A stretch of 64,000 nucleotides of DNA. Origin: Lepidodermella squamata. Its lineage: Eukaryota; Animalia; Gastrotricha. The stretch's first letter is position 1. Every line of letters begins with the position of its first letter. The notes beneath the pieces were generated by a model. The model did no database searches and had not been told where the DNA came from. It was given only the letters and a program-made list of their open reading frames with translations. The position numbers were made by a program, and so were the translations under genes. The stretch spans positions 2,604,001-2,668,000 of the forward strand of contig JBLDXI010000019.1 of the NCBI GenBank assembly GCA_047495785.1, in the 5' to 3' direction. Shown here piece by piece: positions 46,123 through 59,841 of the stretch.

Positions 46123-47158
46123 TAGGGTAAAGTCGCACAATTTGGTACAAAATTGGACGCGTTGTCGTAAATTAAATTCAACTAATCCATTTCGAGCGCT
46201 GTATAGACGATTCATATACATGTTATAGCCAGATGAGTCCACTATAATTTGACACCTTGCGCGCGCACATACGAGCTACCGTTGCGTCAGCGCGCGCGCC
46301 CGAAACAATAAAAACACCCCGTCCCACACTGCGTGCCAGGTTTGCTATTCGGGACAAGAGCGGTAATTTTGGATGCTTATTTGGGACAAGCTGCAGTTTA
46401 CTCATTTTTATCGATAATGATTTGAAATTTTGGCAACAAAGACTTTCGATTATGCGCTCTTTCAGATCTCATTTAAAAATTGCCGCGCACAAGCACAACC
46501 TGCGGAATTTGACTGCTGTTCATAGCCTATTTACGCGCATATTGTGTGGTGCGCGGCCAGCAGCAAAATCCTCACATTTGCGTACATTAGTACTCTGTTT
46601 CAGACAGAATCGCGCGCTTCTTAAATTTGACTTGGTAAAGGTGATGAATTAATAGAGCGCAAGAAATTATACATTTCTGCAAAAACTGCATCGAAAACGG
46701 ACGAAGTGATCGTGAACTGCACGCTGTTCCAAATAGCGCGCTGGACGGGGGTGTTACGCGCACAAAACCTAGCCCACACAAAAGGAGCGAGAGCGCTGCC
46801 ATATGCGCGCGGTAACTTTCTAACAAAGGACCATTTCTAGGGTAGTTTAACGCGCCGCACACGCTGGTGTCGTCACATTCTCATTTGCCTGGACCCACAA
46901 AACAGCATTCGAGTTCTAAATTCAACACCTCGCCTTAAGTTCTCACAATTATTTGCCACCTCCCTCGCAATCAGCGCCCTTTAAAGGCGCGCGCGCGTCA
47001 TATTTGAGTTCCGCGTTTTCCTGGTATGTCGAGCGCATCAAAAGGCAGCTATTGACACCATCCTCATCTAAATGCGATTTACAGAAATGATACGAATATC
47101 AATAAACCTTAACTTGTCCCACATTAGGAGCCGTCCCACATTGTGCGACTTTACCCTA
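46123..47158. mobile_element. Non-autonomous TA-flanked DNA transposon
   Basis: TIRs TAGGGTAAAGTCGCACAAT and ATTGTGCGACTTTACCCTA, with subterminal GTCCCACA repeats. Confidence 0.75.
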
Positions 47159-47957
47159 TAGTTTCCATTGTGAAATTTGAATCAACAGGTTGGGTCAGTA
47201 CGGGATAAGCAACCATACTACTCGGCCATCAAAATAAGGGTGAAATTTGTTCAAAAATAAAATATGTCGACGTTTCGATGTAAATACATCTTCCTCAGGG
47301 TTAAGGATTCAAAAGTCTATACGCATGCGTGATGCGTGATCGAAGCATAAGCATAGCATAGCATTTTCTGTATTTTATCTTTTCCTTCATTAATCAACAA
47401 TAACATAACAATAACAATTGAATAGGTTTACAGAAACGAAGAAAAAATGAGAAGGAACATGATAAAATAAAATTCACTCCGGTGTACCCAATCCGCCGGG
47501 CGTGATGTAAGTTTTGTTCACGCCAAGCGAACCGACTGTCGGAGGAGGACCGGTAGCAAGCTATCCTGATCACCCAACTCAAATACATGTTCTAATCCGA
47601 TATTTCGATTTCCTTCCCAAACTTCCCAAACTTCCCAAACTTCGACTTCCCAAATATAGCATTCGTTTCAAAAATATAGATCGAATACACATGTTCATGC
47701 AATATTTTTTGATACAGCACTCGTAAATCGTTTATATCTGAACTCGCCGCACTCGATTTGGTCATGCCGACTCGGCTCCGCCTCGTCAGCATGCCCACAT
47801 CTCGTGCTACGAATCTCAGATATTAATAAAAAACTCGTACAATATCATACAAATATATGAATTCATCAACTTCTTCAATTTACTACCCGCAGATGGAGAA
47901 AGGTAAATGTAAATTGCAGTCATTTTTATTGACTCTCATGAATTTGGTTTTTGGAAC

Positions 47958-48734
47958 CATAGATAATAATAAAGATCGGAAGCTTACGATCCTGCCATAG
48001 TGTCAAAATTTTAGGGTGCGCCTAGCTAAATGCATGTAAAATCGACCCATTTTTAAATCGATTTTTTGAAAAACGTCATTTTTGTAATTTTTTGGTAACT
48101 TGTGCCCTGGAACAACTTTTTCCGCTCTTTCGAACGAGACCAGGCTCGTCATCCTGGGACCTTTACAAGGCCATCTAGATATTCGCAAAGTAGGTCACAA
48201 AATTGCGAAGATCAAAATTTGTCGATTATGTCGGGGCGGGAAAAATTGTTAAAATTTGATCAGAAAATATCAGAAAAAATATTTTCTTTATCAGGATGGA
48301 CTAAGCTATCGAAATATATAACTTTTATATAGCTTAGTCTATCCTGATAAAGAAAATATTTTTTCTGATATTTTCTGATCAAATTTTAACAATTTTTCCC
48401 TCCCCGACATAATCGACAAATTTTGATCTTCGCAATTTTGTGACCTACTTTGCGAATATCTAGATGGCCTTGTAAAGGTCCCAGGATGACGAGCCTGGTC
48501 TCGTTCGGAAGAGCGCTAAAAGTTGTACTAGGATAAAAATTATCAAAAAATCAGAAAAATGACGTTTTTCAAAAAATCGATTTAAAAATGGGTCGATTTT
48601 ACATGCATTTAGCTAGGCGCACATGGCTCAAATAAAACGCTCAAAAATGTGGCTTTGCACATGGTGACCTTTGCACCCTAAAATTTTGACACTATGGCAG
48701 GATCGTAAGCTTCCGATCTTTATTATTATCTATG
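47958..48734. mobile_element. Foldback (near-palindromic) element, P- or hAT-superfamily-like
   Basis: Inverted arms of about 350 bp starting CATAGATAATAATAAAG, a very short spacer, and a perfect 8-bp TSD TTTGGAAC (47950-47957 and 48735-48742). Confidence 0.88.
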
Positions 48735-48931
48735 TTTGGAACATAAATTTCAAGCCCAAGTGTCCACACGCCTCCACAAAAATATCTATAATCGATTGTA
48801 TTTTCTCCGAATCTTGTGATAATAAAGTAGTATCGTCCGCGAATGCTAGTAACATTAGCCACTCCTCGTCAGTTAGGGGATTCCTGTTTTCTCTAATTTA
48901 ACACGCTTGCAAACTACATTAAATACTGCTG

Positions 48932-49110
48932 AAGTATGCGGTATGCGGCATAATTTTTTTAAACTTTAAAACTCAGCAGTTTTCTTATTTCCGGGAATAT
49001 TTTAACAAAACGTATATCAATTTTTAGCCCTGGTTGTAGGAGTTATTCTGCAGGTAGAATTTTTGAAAACGGATTAGGAGTCAATAGTAATCGTTAAAAG
49101 AATGAATTGC
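48932..49110 (+). repeat. Solo diverged arm of the MITE at 32178-32830
   Basis: GTATGCGGCATAATTTTTTTAAACTTTAAAACTC...GGAGTCAATAGTAATCGTTAAA matches the left arm of that element. Confidence 0.8.
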
Positions 49111-49936
49111 AATCGCGCTTACAAAATCCAATTTTCGACAATTTTTCGAAACCATATTCAGCATAAACCGCCAATGGCCTAATCATGAGCCCTATTCCGT
49201 TAGAAAGCTGATGACCTCACGAGTCGTTTGAGACCAAACAATCAACAATCCAACTCTCCTAACCGGAATTATTGCGGTTCTAGTGCGCGATAACAGATTT
49301 TTCTAGTGATGTTTACTGGACATCAAGATTGCACAATCGCGGAATTTCCACTAGAATGCGCGCATTTTTGCATTTCAAAGTAAAGAAATTCGAAAAACAA
49401 CGAACCGCATTTGCGTTACTCATCATTTCAGAAAGAATTTTTACCGATGCCAGAAAAGAAATGCGAAAACGTCGTGGAGGAAACAAGCAGCAAGAGTCTA
49501 ATGTCCGGGCGGGCGGGGTGCGAAACACCCGAATGTCGACCTGGCCGCCGGTCGTCCCGGAAACTGGGTCAAAAGAAGAAGGTCAAAATGAAAACGAGGT
49601 CAAAGACAAAGATTAAGACAAGGGCAACAGCCGGGCTTGTTATGAGTGCGGTGAAACCATAGAGCTGATAGAGTGCTCACTCGCCATCAAAAACACGGAA
49701 CGCTATGGGGGCCATATGGCAAGGGATTAACTCATTGTCCTGGAGTAAGAAACTGAACTAATTACAAATCGATCGATCACATAAATCGCTGGCGCCAACG
49801 CTTCGATTATCGGTTACAACGTTGGGCTTTGGGTCATCGCTAAACCGAGAGACGGCCGATATTTTGACACTAAATTTGCCCGGTCAGCATATTTAGAAGT
49901 GGCCAATAGGCGACCGAGAAGTCAACGTCCACTTTC

Positions 49937-50431
49937 GACCATTTACCTCTGAGGTAGTCCACACCTGAAGCTAAGGTGAAATTGAACGACCTTTTGAAGC
50001 CAAGTTATTCATCAGGCCGAGGCGATCATTTTGGTACCTGATTTAGATCTGGAACCCCCATATTTTGATTGGTATATATTTTTTAGTTAATTAAAAACCA
50101 CTTTGTTTGCTGTTTTCGCAGTTTTTACTGAGTGATTTAAAGGAAAAAAAGGTTGCGTAATTATTGAGATTTAGTTTTTTTGCGCTAAGCTTAATTTTAA
50201 ACAAGCGATTTCGATGACTCATGCTCGTTCACTCGCACAAAATAAAGATTTGTGACTCAAAACAGTGCTTTTAAAGGGCGAATTTACTTTGAAAATGTGT
50301 ACCCATCAAAATATGGGGGTTCCAGATCTAAATCAGGTGCCAAAACGATCGCCTCGGACTGATGAATAACTTGGCTTCAAAAGGTCGTTCAATTTCACCT
50401 TAGCTTCAGGTGTGGACCACCTCAAATGGTC
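49937..50431. mobile_element. MITE with ~135-bp TIRs
   Basis: GAGGTAGTCCACACCTGAAGCTAAGGTG... is inverted at ...CACCTTAGCTTCAGGTGTGGACCACCTC. No TSD identified. Confidence 0.8.
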
Positions 50432-50551
50432 AAGGATGATAAGAGACGCCGACTTCTCGGCCGCCTTACGACCACTTCTAAGATAGCTACCTTTGTAAAT
50501 TTGGTATAATAAAATCGGCCGTCTCTTACCCTTTCGATGGCCAAACACTCG

Positions 50552-50608
50552 ACCATGGAACCGATAATCGAATCGCTGGCCCAGCGATTCGATTATCGGT
50601 TCCATGGT
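50552..50608. repeat. Perfect 57-bp palindrome
   Basis: 28-bp arms ACCATGGAACCGATAATCGAATCGCTGG around a single C. A degenerate relative lies at ~49784-49815. Confidence 0.9.
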
Positions 50609-50629
50609 AGGGAAAAAATCCGTGAATGG

Positions 50630-51944
50630 TGTTCACGTTTTACATTCAGGGGTCGATGCGAGCGCCGCGAGAAACCGCGATGGGGTAGTAACTTTTATAA
50701 CGGAGAATTCCGAAATTTTAAATACCGGTGATGAGATGATCGATGAGAGACTGCAAATTGTGAAACTAAATATTGGCGACCAAAAAATTACAATAATGAA
50801 CATATATGCACCTGCGGAATCTGGGACAGATGCGTTAGATATTTTCATTGCGAAAGTAGAGACTAAACTAGAGGAGCTTGAGCGATGCAAAGACAGCGAC
50901 GACATTATTCTTATTGACGGCGATTCGAATGGCGAAATAGCTAAGGGTGTGGAGGAAAGCGAGGTGATTGGTGAATACGCTTCGGAAACAGGTAACGATA
51001 AAGGTGAACAGTGGTTCGATTTTGCCAGCCGAAACGGCTACTGCTTCATAAATACTTTCTTCCCAAATTGCGGTTACACTTTCTTTCGGCACCATAAAAC
51101 CACTGGAGAAACTCGACGACCATTTATTGACTATTTATTGCTACCTCAATATTTGAGAAAAAAAGTTTTCGCCTGCGAACAATTGAAGATGCTTGTTTGG
51201 GCCCTGATCATTTGTTATTATTTGTACGGATGAGATTCGAACTAGACCGCAAAAAAGATATAGCTGAAGAGGCATGGCGCACGTCTCATGAGCGGCTAGA
51301 ACAGCCAACTTTTTCTAATAAATTGAAGCAGGTGACGGACCAGAAATTATTCATTGTGGAACCCATAAGAGGTGGAACCACTAAAAAGTTGACCTTCGAC
51401 GTGCACGCTGATTGGTCAATTGATCGTTGCTATGACCCCGGGATGAAACATTTCGACGTGCGATCCACTTATAAATTATTTATATTTATGTAATAAATGA
51501 CCTTGCCACACCCTCTGCACGGTTTCCATTGACCACGAGCGTAAACCCCATAATAATCGTGGAAAATGACTGCGGCAAAAAACACTTGTTGCAAAAAATC
51601 TTATGGATCGCCCGACCATAATGTTTCATCCTGGAGTCATAGCAACGATCGATTGACCAATCAGCGCGCGCATTGGAATTGGACTTTTGAGTGGTTCCAC
51701 AATGTTCGATGTAGATAGGACAACTTCATCTGAGGATGTGTGGCTAAAACTGAAGACGCTGGAGGCGGAAACTACGAAAATTTGCGAGAAAAAACGGGTT
51801 AGGAAAATCGGTAAACGAACTAAGTGGTGGGGCAATAAAACTAGGAAAAAAGCAGCGGCGAAAAAGCGGAAATTTAAACTATTCGCGAAGGAAAGGAAAC
51901 AGTTAGATGAACTCGGCGTTGCTGCTAGCGCAGATTTGAAATGA
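50630..51944 (+). mobile_element. Degenerate RTE-like LINE (APE endonuclease plus linker), interrupted by a MITE
   Basis: NIYAP, GDSNG, N..GE....F, INTFF, IDYLL and PDH motifs, then a W..LK...KWW linker at 51705-51944. Confidence 0.75.
51352..51704. mobile_element. MITE inserted in the RTE relic
   Basis: Inverted repeats GTGGAACCACT...GCTGATTGGTCAAT.GATCGTTGCTATGAC and GTCATAGCAACGATCGATTGACCAATCAGC...AGTGGTTCCAC. Confidence 0.7.
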
Positions 51945-52508
51945 TTGTGGGACGATTACGTGGACCCACATCTTTTCTTTTGAATGTACGCCTTCGACCA
52001 AAGCACCATAGATTGTTGAACTTTGGACTTCTCGTTGTAGTCCTGCCGCATGGCTGTGCGGCCTATTCCTACTCCTTCCCCATTTGACGTTGAGAGGAAC
52101 CTTGTGCCACATTTCAAACTAATTTTGCGGAAAGCCTTGGTCAAATTAATGGCAATTAATGGAGACATAGAGAACGAAGTGATCACTCACGTTCTCTATG
52201 CGCTGAGATAACGGTGTGTACAGTCAAGTCCAGCAGCGTTATCTGAACCCTTATCTCGAAATAACCGTACATAGCAACGGTTGCTAAGATAAAGCGTTTT
52301 TGTTTCCAAACAATTTTCAAGCAGATTTTATTTCTGTGACTATCCAAGAAGTAACAGCTCTTCTATCAAAAACAAAAATTAATAACCGGTATAAGTATCG
52401 TGGTTATTGCCTCAAAGAAACACGAAAAAAAAATAAAGAACAAATTTCCGGGATTAAAATTTCAATTAAACTTGAGTATATTTAAAAAATTAGAATATTA
52501 GTTGTTTT

Positions 52509-54559
52509 TCAGGCCGATGTTTCGTGGATAAGCTCAGATTTGCTTGTGCCATTGCGGTGCATCTCAATCTGGGAAGATTGGGAAGATTCGCCCACCTGGT
52601 TCTTCCTAAGCCGCACTTCGTACTGTTTGCCAGCCGTAAGAGAGTTAGCTGTGACGGAAGCTCGTTCGAGGTTAACCAAGCGTGGAATCGGTAAAGAGAA
52701 CCCTGGTCTCTTCAGGTAAGCTTCGTCGAATTCAGCCATGATAGTCTCAGCTTCCTTCTTGGCGATGTGCTCTCGTTCTGTAACATAAAACATTAAATAC
52801 ATTTAATACAGTAATTCTCACAGTTCATCAACTTACCTTCTTCAGTAATGTATTTGTCCCCGGTTAAGACGCCCCGATTTCCTGCCACGCATGGTTCTTC
52901 GCAAGCATCAGTTGGTACAGCGATTTCGTGGCCGCAAGCATAGTCCAAGCCGGCACATTCCATAGCAGGATCGCTGATCTTGAGAAGTCCAAAGATTTTC
53001 AGGAGGAAAAACAGCGTGCCATGAGTAACAACAGTCCAGCCAATGATAACAGCAAGGCCAGCCAGTTGCCAGGCGAAGAAAAGGCCTGACTCGCGGTCCC
53101 AGGCGTAGAGGATGCCTTGGTTCTCGTGGAGGAAAGAGAAACCCAGCGCTCCAGCGAGACCGCCGCCGAAATGGGATGGAACTGCCTCAACTGCATCGTC
53201 GATTCTGAGCCTCTTTATTAGGACAGCAAATGCCATGTAGAACCAGCCAGCAAAGCAACTAAAAATTCGAAACTAAGACATTTTATATCATATGATACGA
53301 ATATCTTACCCAGTCGTGAAAGCACCCCAAGCATGAAGGAAGGCACAGCTGTGGCAGGCAGCAACACACCCAGCAACACCACCGGTCAGCGCAGGAATAA
53401 GAGGCCACTTTTTCCAGGCGATTCTTCCCGTGAAAAGAACAGCCAGAAAACCACCCGTAGCGCAAAGAATCGTCGACATAGCAGCTTTTCCAATAAATTT
53501 CCCATCTGGGATTCCGCTCCCGTCAATGCTACCGACAGTAAGTTGAGAACCAGCGTTGAACGAGAAAAATCCGGTGTAGAGACACATGCAAGAAAGCGTT
53601 ATGTACTAAAATTCGGGGAAATTCACAAAAAATCCGATAATTCTGTCTAAATCTGTCTTACAGGGACATTAGCCGGAGGAAATTCGATGACTTTGCCATC
53701 AGGTCGGAATCTGCCAATTCTAGGCCCCAGGAATAACAGAGCCGTAAGAGCTGTCACAGCGCCGAAGACGTGGATAACTCCAGACCCAGCGAAATCGACG
53801 TAGCCGATCGGCACGTTTTTCCCATCGATGTCATAGACAATGCCTTGCTTCAGGAAACCGTTTGGATTCCAAGCCCAGTGGACGACGAACGGGTAGGTGA
53901 ACATTGAACAGAATAGACAATAGATTATGTAGCCAACAGGGGCCATTCGTTCAGCAACAGCTCCTGTCATGATTGTTGTTCCAGTGGCGCAGAATATGTA
54001 CTCGAAGAACCAGAATGAGTAGAGTTCAGTTTGGGTGCTCTCGTCGTAGTAGTAATTGGTAGGCAACAAAGGCTGCTTCCCAAGGGCCCAATGAGTGCTT
54101 CCAACGCCGTGGTTCACAGAATCTCCGAAGGAAATCGCAAAGCCAGTGAGCCAATATCCGACGGCCGATAAAACTAAAAGAAATCAGGGTTAATTGGAAC
54201 ACATTTTCGAAGCTAACTCACAGTAGCAGGTTGGATACTTCCAAAGAGCATTTGTCAGATTTTTTGACCTTACAAACCCAGCCTCGAGGAAAATGAAGCC
54301 GATAATCATAACTGGACAATTATACTGATGTGAGATTCAATTTTCAATATCCAAATTCAGACTTACAGAAGATGAAAGTAGCATTGATGACCAAGAAAAA
54401 GGCGTTCAAGCTCATTCGCATCGGAGCGATCGCGGTTTGGCGAATGTAAGTATTCAGCGTGCCATTTGGATCGATGATCGATGGATCTGCGATGAAGTCA
54501 GATATGGCCTGCTTCGTGATTTGGTAAATCTCAGCACGTTGAGCATCGGTCAGCGACAT
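52509..54559 (-). CDS. amt: Ammonium transporter (Amt family), about six exons
   Basis: GFIFLEAGFVRSKN, GAVAER, YPFVVHWAW, DFAGSGVIH, GFFSFNAGS and IDDAVEAVPSH. Both pore histidines are present and the introns are GT-AG. Confidence 0.93.
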
Positions 54560-56784
54560 GATGATTATTCCTATTCGTGTCTTTAAAGCCTACATAAGGA
54601 TAAGGGAAGGTATATTATGCATTTATAGATATACCTTGAAGCCTACTTGAGAACCATTGCGCAAACAAGAAAAGGCGAAAAGACAATAGAGAGGCAAACA
54701 CAACGGTAGCTATGCAAAAGATGAATTGTACTAGTACGTAGGGGTTCACTGGCCTATGAGATGATGTTTTTTGCTTTCTCTGCCTTCCTTGCGCATTCAC
54801 ACGGCGCGCATGCAATTTTTATGGGGTAACTAGGCAAGCCGCTATCTCGCGCGGTGTCGAATTCTACGCGGTGATCAATCGATCAGGTTACTTCCTCTTG
54901 ATATTCTGCCGCAGATAATTTGAATTTTATATGAAGCCAAATATTTGCCCTGTGTGTGATTTGGATGTTAAAAGCTTCCGCCATTCAGTGGCAGAAAACG
55001 TTGCACAAAATCTACTACGTATCACTCAGACGATCACATTGGTCCGAGCAAAAAACCTGAGGGATCTCAATCCGCAGCAGACCTTCAAGTCACATACGTA
55101 GCATATAATAAGCGCAAAATATTATAAATGGAAAATATTGAAAACAAATTATTAGAATTTCATATTATGTGAATGCCCAACTGAGTTATCCTATTTTAAT
55201 CTAGTTCTCCTTCTCCTTCTAATACATAAAGATACATAGCGAATAAATCATAGTGATGGGGATAACGATCGGTTCACGTAGCTTTCTTTTGGAAAGTTGT
55301 CTGGAAGGTACAATTTCGGCAGTCTGAGGTGCCAATGTTGCTAATCAATAAACGATGAGGATAAAACATGACTCAGAGCCATCGGGGTGTCGAGCATTTG
55401 TTGGTTTTCGATCTAAACTTGAAAAGTTCGATTCATTCAGTTTGCCAAATTTCAAAACAACAGCACATAACAATAAAATGCAGGGTGGCCAAAAAAGCTG
55501 CAGGTGGAGGGCGAATTTGATGAGGAGTTCAAATAAATTGAAGAATTCCAAGCATCAAATTCGCCCACTGCGCCTTTATTTAGCCACCCTGTTGAAGCCA
55601 AGTCCAATCCAAATTACGCTCCAGAGAAGGCATATTACATCAGTATATACGTACGTAATTTACGTCATATAAAGGATACGGTAGACCCGTGGTGTAAGAA
55701 GCCTCATATACATTTCTAACTAATTCCACCTGCCTTTATATCCTTCATATGACCCAATTTGTTGAGAAACAATTACTGAATAGAAATGGATTTTTGGCAT
55801 AGGTCATTTACTCCCAGAGTACGGCGGCCCTGCAAAAGCTTCAAAAGCGAAGATTCTTTATTATTTTGGCACGTACTTGCTGAATGAGCACTACTGCTAC
55901 GGTAAATACCGCAACGCCTGGGCAAGTGTGAAATTTGCATTTTTACTATTCATACTACACTGCGCATTGTATTTGAGCAGTTGAAAAAAATCGGTGAAAG
56001 AATTCTGCAAATAAAAAAACGGAGTAAGTATTATCACGAAACAGGTGTTGTATCTGAGCGGTAAATTTAACCGGTTTGGGTCTTACGTCTACCACAGTGA
56101 TCATAGAATTGTTCGCCAGGCAACGCTCAGCCGTGATTAAGACTACGCCTAACTACTGTAAACATTGCATTTTCCGAATGAAAATACCCGCAAAACGCCC
56201 TGAGCTAGCATTAAGTTTCTTGCATAATTTATGGCAATAGATCTTGACAACGGAAGATATTGGTAGAAAGCTTTCGCGTAATAGGAATGAGACATTAAAA
56301 TAACAGGTATATATCGACTATATTACAGATAGATGAGAGAACACACTATTTCTTATGACGAAGTGGAGCCGTAACGTATAGAGGTGACGTAACGTGTTGC
56401 AGTGATAATCTTCTACTGACAATTTTTTGCCAGCCGCGTAATTTAATAAGCATGCGCAACGTCACTTTTACGTGATGTGAGCAGGTACGAAAAACAGCGG
56501 CCCAAGGTTATTCCACCGAGTTCACATTGCCATAACGCAGTGGAATATAACGAAAGAGCGGTCTCCGCGTTGCTAGCTATACAAAAGCCGTTGAGCCTGC
56601 AGAAAAATGAACGAGGCGAAAAAAGCATAATTGATTTAGATGCTACAATACAAAAGACCACCGAAAAATGATATAATGAGAAAACTTTACTGGTGAGATT
56701 TTTTAACAAACCCAGTGTGGGTAAGTGGTTTTCAACAAAGAAACTTCTAGAACACCAATTCCATCTACAACACAGAATTTAAAT

Positions 56785-59700
56785 TCATTTTGACGGGAAA
56801 AGAATAATAGCTCCGGAGGTTGTAGCCGTGAGCCATGCAATCACTGATAACGCCATCATTTGCGAAACTTGATTGCGGTCGAAAACGAAGTTGAAGAAAA
56901 TCGCAGCTGCAAAAAGCGTCGCTAAGTTAGCCGCGGCAAGTCTGATTCGAACAATTTCCTTTGAAACAGAGCTTGGCAGTGGAATGCCACGTAAAGAATA
57001 GGAAAACCAGTTGCTGACTAGCAAGAGTGCGAAATTTGCGATCATAACCGGAGCCAGCCAGAAAATGTCGCGATCCGAAGTAAGAAGGTTCTCTCGAACA
57101 GATTTGAATGAATCAGATACAATGTCGTACGACTCATCGATTGATAAATTAACAAGGCGGACCCTTGTATAATCAATAAACAGCCAGATTGTTAGATAAG
57201 CTATTCCTCCGATTAGAATTATTGCGATCGAATTTCTGGCGATTTTTGAGGGTTCGAGAATAACTTCCGGTTCTTGTGGGGCTAAGCTAGCCACTGAAGG
57301 TTTGAGTACAGCGGAAGATCTTGGCTTTTGAAGTGAATTTCGCGAAGACGGCTTAGCTGAGGAAGCTCTTGATGCAGTGCTAATTCTTTTCACCTTCAAC
57401 TTGCATTGCAACAGGTGGCCAAAAAACACGCCCTGTCAACGAAAATCTCCATTATTATAATTTAATTTAATTGCGTTTAATTTGTTGGAATCTTATCTTC
57501 AATCTGAACTTATCGTAGACCCATTTTTGAACTCCGCTAAATACCTGGTCTCGTTCGGCTCTACCTTATTGCGATGTCCCGTGACCCTAAAATTACCCAA
57601 ACTTCGGGGCTCCCGAAATAGCTTCGCAGGTTAGTTTGCTTTTAAGAACTAGGGCAGAAAATTTGTATTGCACTTTGGACACTGCTGTGCCTGTTGCGTA
57701 GGCGTTAGATCTGTGCCCGATGAGGTCATACGCCCTTTAAGAAAAATCTGTCTTGCTAAAACTGTCATGTGCCGACTTTGGCAAAGCGAGCTTCCTGTCA
57801 GCTCGAAAATGGAAAGTCTATCTTTCTAAAATTTGAAGCAAACATAGCAGTGAAAGGTTTAGAGCATGGTGACTCGTAATATGACCCTATGTCGTGCTCA
57901 TAGCAATGCCTCACCTGTTGTAGGGTCAAAGACACGAAAGCAAGCACTCGCTGAAGGTAATACAGATTCTTGTTCGGAATGAAAGCCGCAGAAGTTGCCA
58001 GAAAGATTGAAGCCAACGACAAGCATACACTAGCAACCAAAATAACCACTTTGGTGGCAACAAACTTCTTCCCGGCCATGAGAAGACAGAAAAGACCGAT
58101 CGCCGATACAGAATTAACCGCAATCATCGTCCATTGAAATTCCGTTGGGATCTGGCGGGTAATAATCACTTCATTCCGCCGATCTCGAGGAGGCCGGCCG
58201 TCTCCAGTCAACCATGACGGTGGCTGATAATCGCGTCGGATTGTGTAGCTCAAGTAGCTTGTCGGGGGTGAGTTGGCCGCCTTACGGAAAGAATTTACAA
58301 CCTGTTGCCCCGATTTTGCTGTCCATTGCACTCCGATGAATAAATCGTCATCCGGCTCCAGGCGGGATGACAGACGGAATTTACCGATCCTCAACCCGGT
58401 GAATTCCGCCTTGGCCATGGAGTCATTGACGGCGCGCATGACTAGTTCCGGATCTGTTTTATAGCTGCTTAAGGAACGATTCGAGCTTCTGAGGGCCATT
58501 TCCGAATTTTTCAAGGCTTGGAGACCGAACAGCACCCCGTCGTGGCAGATGGTCCTTCGATCGAAATCCAAAGGCTTTGTGCCAGGCTTCCCATTGAACA
58601 TTTCGGCCCATTTCCGGTCAAATCTTCGATCGAACTCAGCTAGGTCGTAGCCCAAGGTCGAATTGAGATTTGGGTCTTCTGGGTTGATTGAAGCCCAGGC
58701 GATCCAAAACGCCTGTTCGTACTGCTCGGAAATCATCGCCCTCGAACAAGTTGGAGTTACATAATCCGGGAATGCTGCTGGGTTCGTGAACATGGTAAAG
58801 AACAGAACGAAAGCGTATCTCGGACCTTTGATGCCCATTTCATAGGCTCGGCATAGGAACTTCAGAACCAAGGGTAGCGATGTTATGTAAACGTCAATGA
58901 TACGAATGTCGGCTCGTTTAATGGCTTCAATAGTTAGATCGTCAATGTCGTTGACGATTTCGAAGTAAGGAACCTCGAATCCATTAGCGAGACCCTCTTG
59001 AACCATTGTTGCCCCGCCGATGTAGTCGGACTCTGTTGTAGTCGACGCTATGAGGCCAAAGCGATTCCATCTACCAACTTCTCGGATGAACCTTAATTCG
59101 AACGATTGAAGAACATTCTTTATTTGAAGTGTCATTAAAATTAAAAAACGCGCATTCACTTTGAAGTGCGCGCCTTAATTAGGTCACGCATGATTACATC
59201 AGCGTTAAGACTGCGCTAATTAGTTGGAATTTTACATGCAGAAACAAGGGCAAGCTTATAGTCAATCGATAGCTTATTTGCTATACATCCGAATGGTATA
59301 AAAGCCGACTGGGGATTTGAATCTTTTTCTTTGACACTTTTTGTTCGAACGAGTAAGATTAACGCACTCACCTTAAGCGCGAGTATAACATCAATTCAGC
59401 GCCAGCTCGGTTTCGGTACATATTCGGGTAAAGCTTCCTGTAGTTTGTCAACGAAGGGCTGTTACAAGCGAAGGCCGAATGAACCATATTCAAATTGGGG
59501 ACAATCGGCCCTAGGGTCTTGCATCCACCTGCGAAGAGAGCACCCGCGAAAACGGGTGACTGTACGGTGTTGGGCGTTGCATCGTTCTTGAATTTCATCA
59601 AAGCTCTAGCGGCTAAATTACTGCCAGCTCCTTCGTCAAGGTAAACCGGTTGGATGTTGTAGCCAGGGACAAATTTCATGTTATTGGCGGCTTCAATAGC

Positions 59701-59841
59701 CACTTCAGCCGCCAAAACGCATGCGTCACCCTTTTTGGGAGCTTCGCCTGTCAATGGTACTAGAACCATCATAGTAATATTCTCTTCAGCAGCCAAAAAT
59801 CTCAGTAAAAAATTCAGCAATAAAATTGTGATCAAATTCAT
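56785..59841 (-). CDS. Divergent GABA-B-like class C GPCR (exons ~59841-59372, ~59092-57916, ~57433-56785)
   Basis: Signal peptide, a Venus-flytrap/ANF-receptor domain (AAEVAIEAANN...PGY, SPSLTNYRKLYPNMYR, DIRII, FLCRAYEMGIKGPRY), and seven hydrophobic segments with no Cys-rich domain. Confidence 0.78.

Noticed and set aside
50333-50731. Mirror ORFs containing MEPIIESLxQRFDYRFHG on both strands
   Set aside because: They are a by-product of the 57-bp palindrome.
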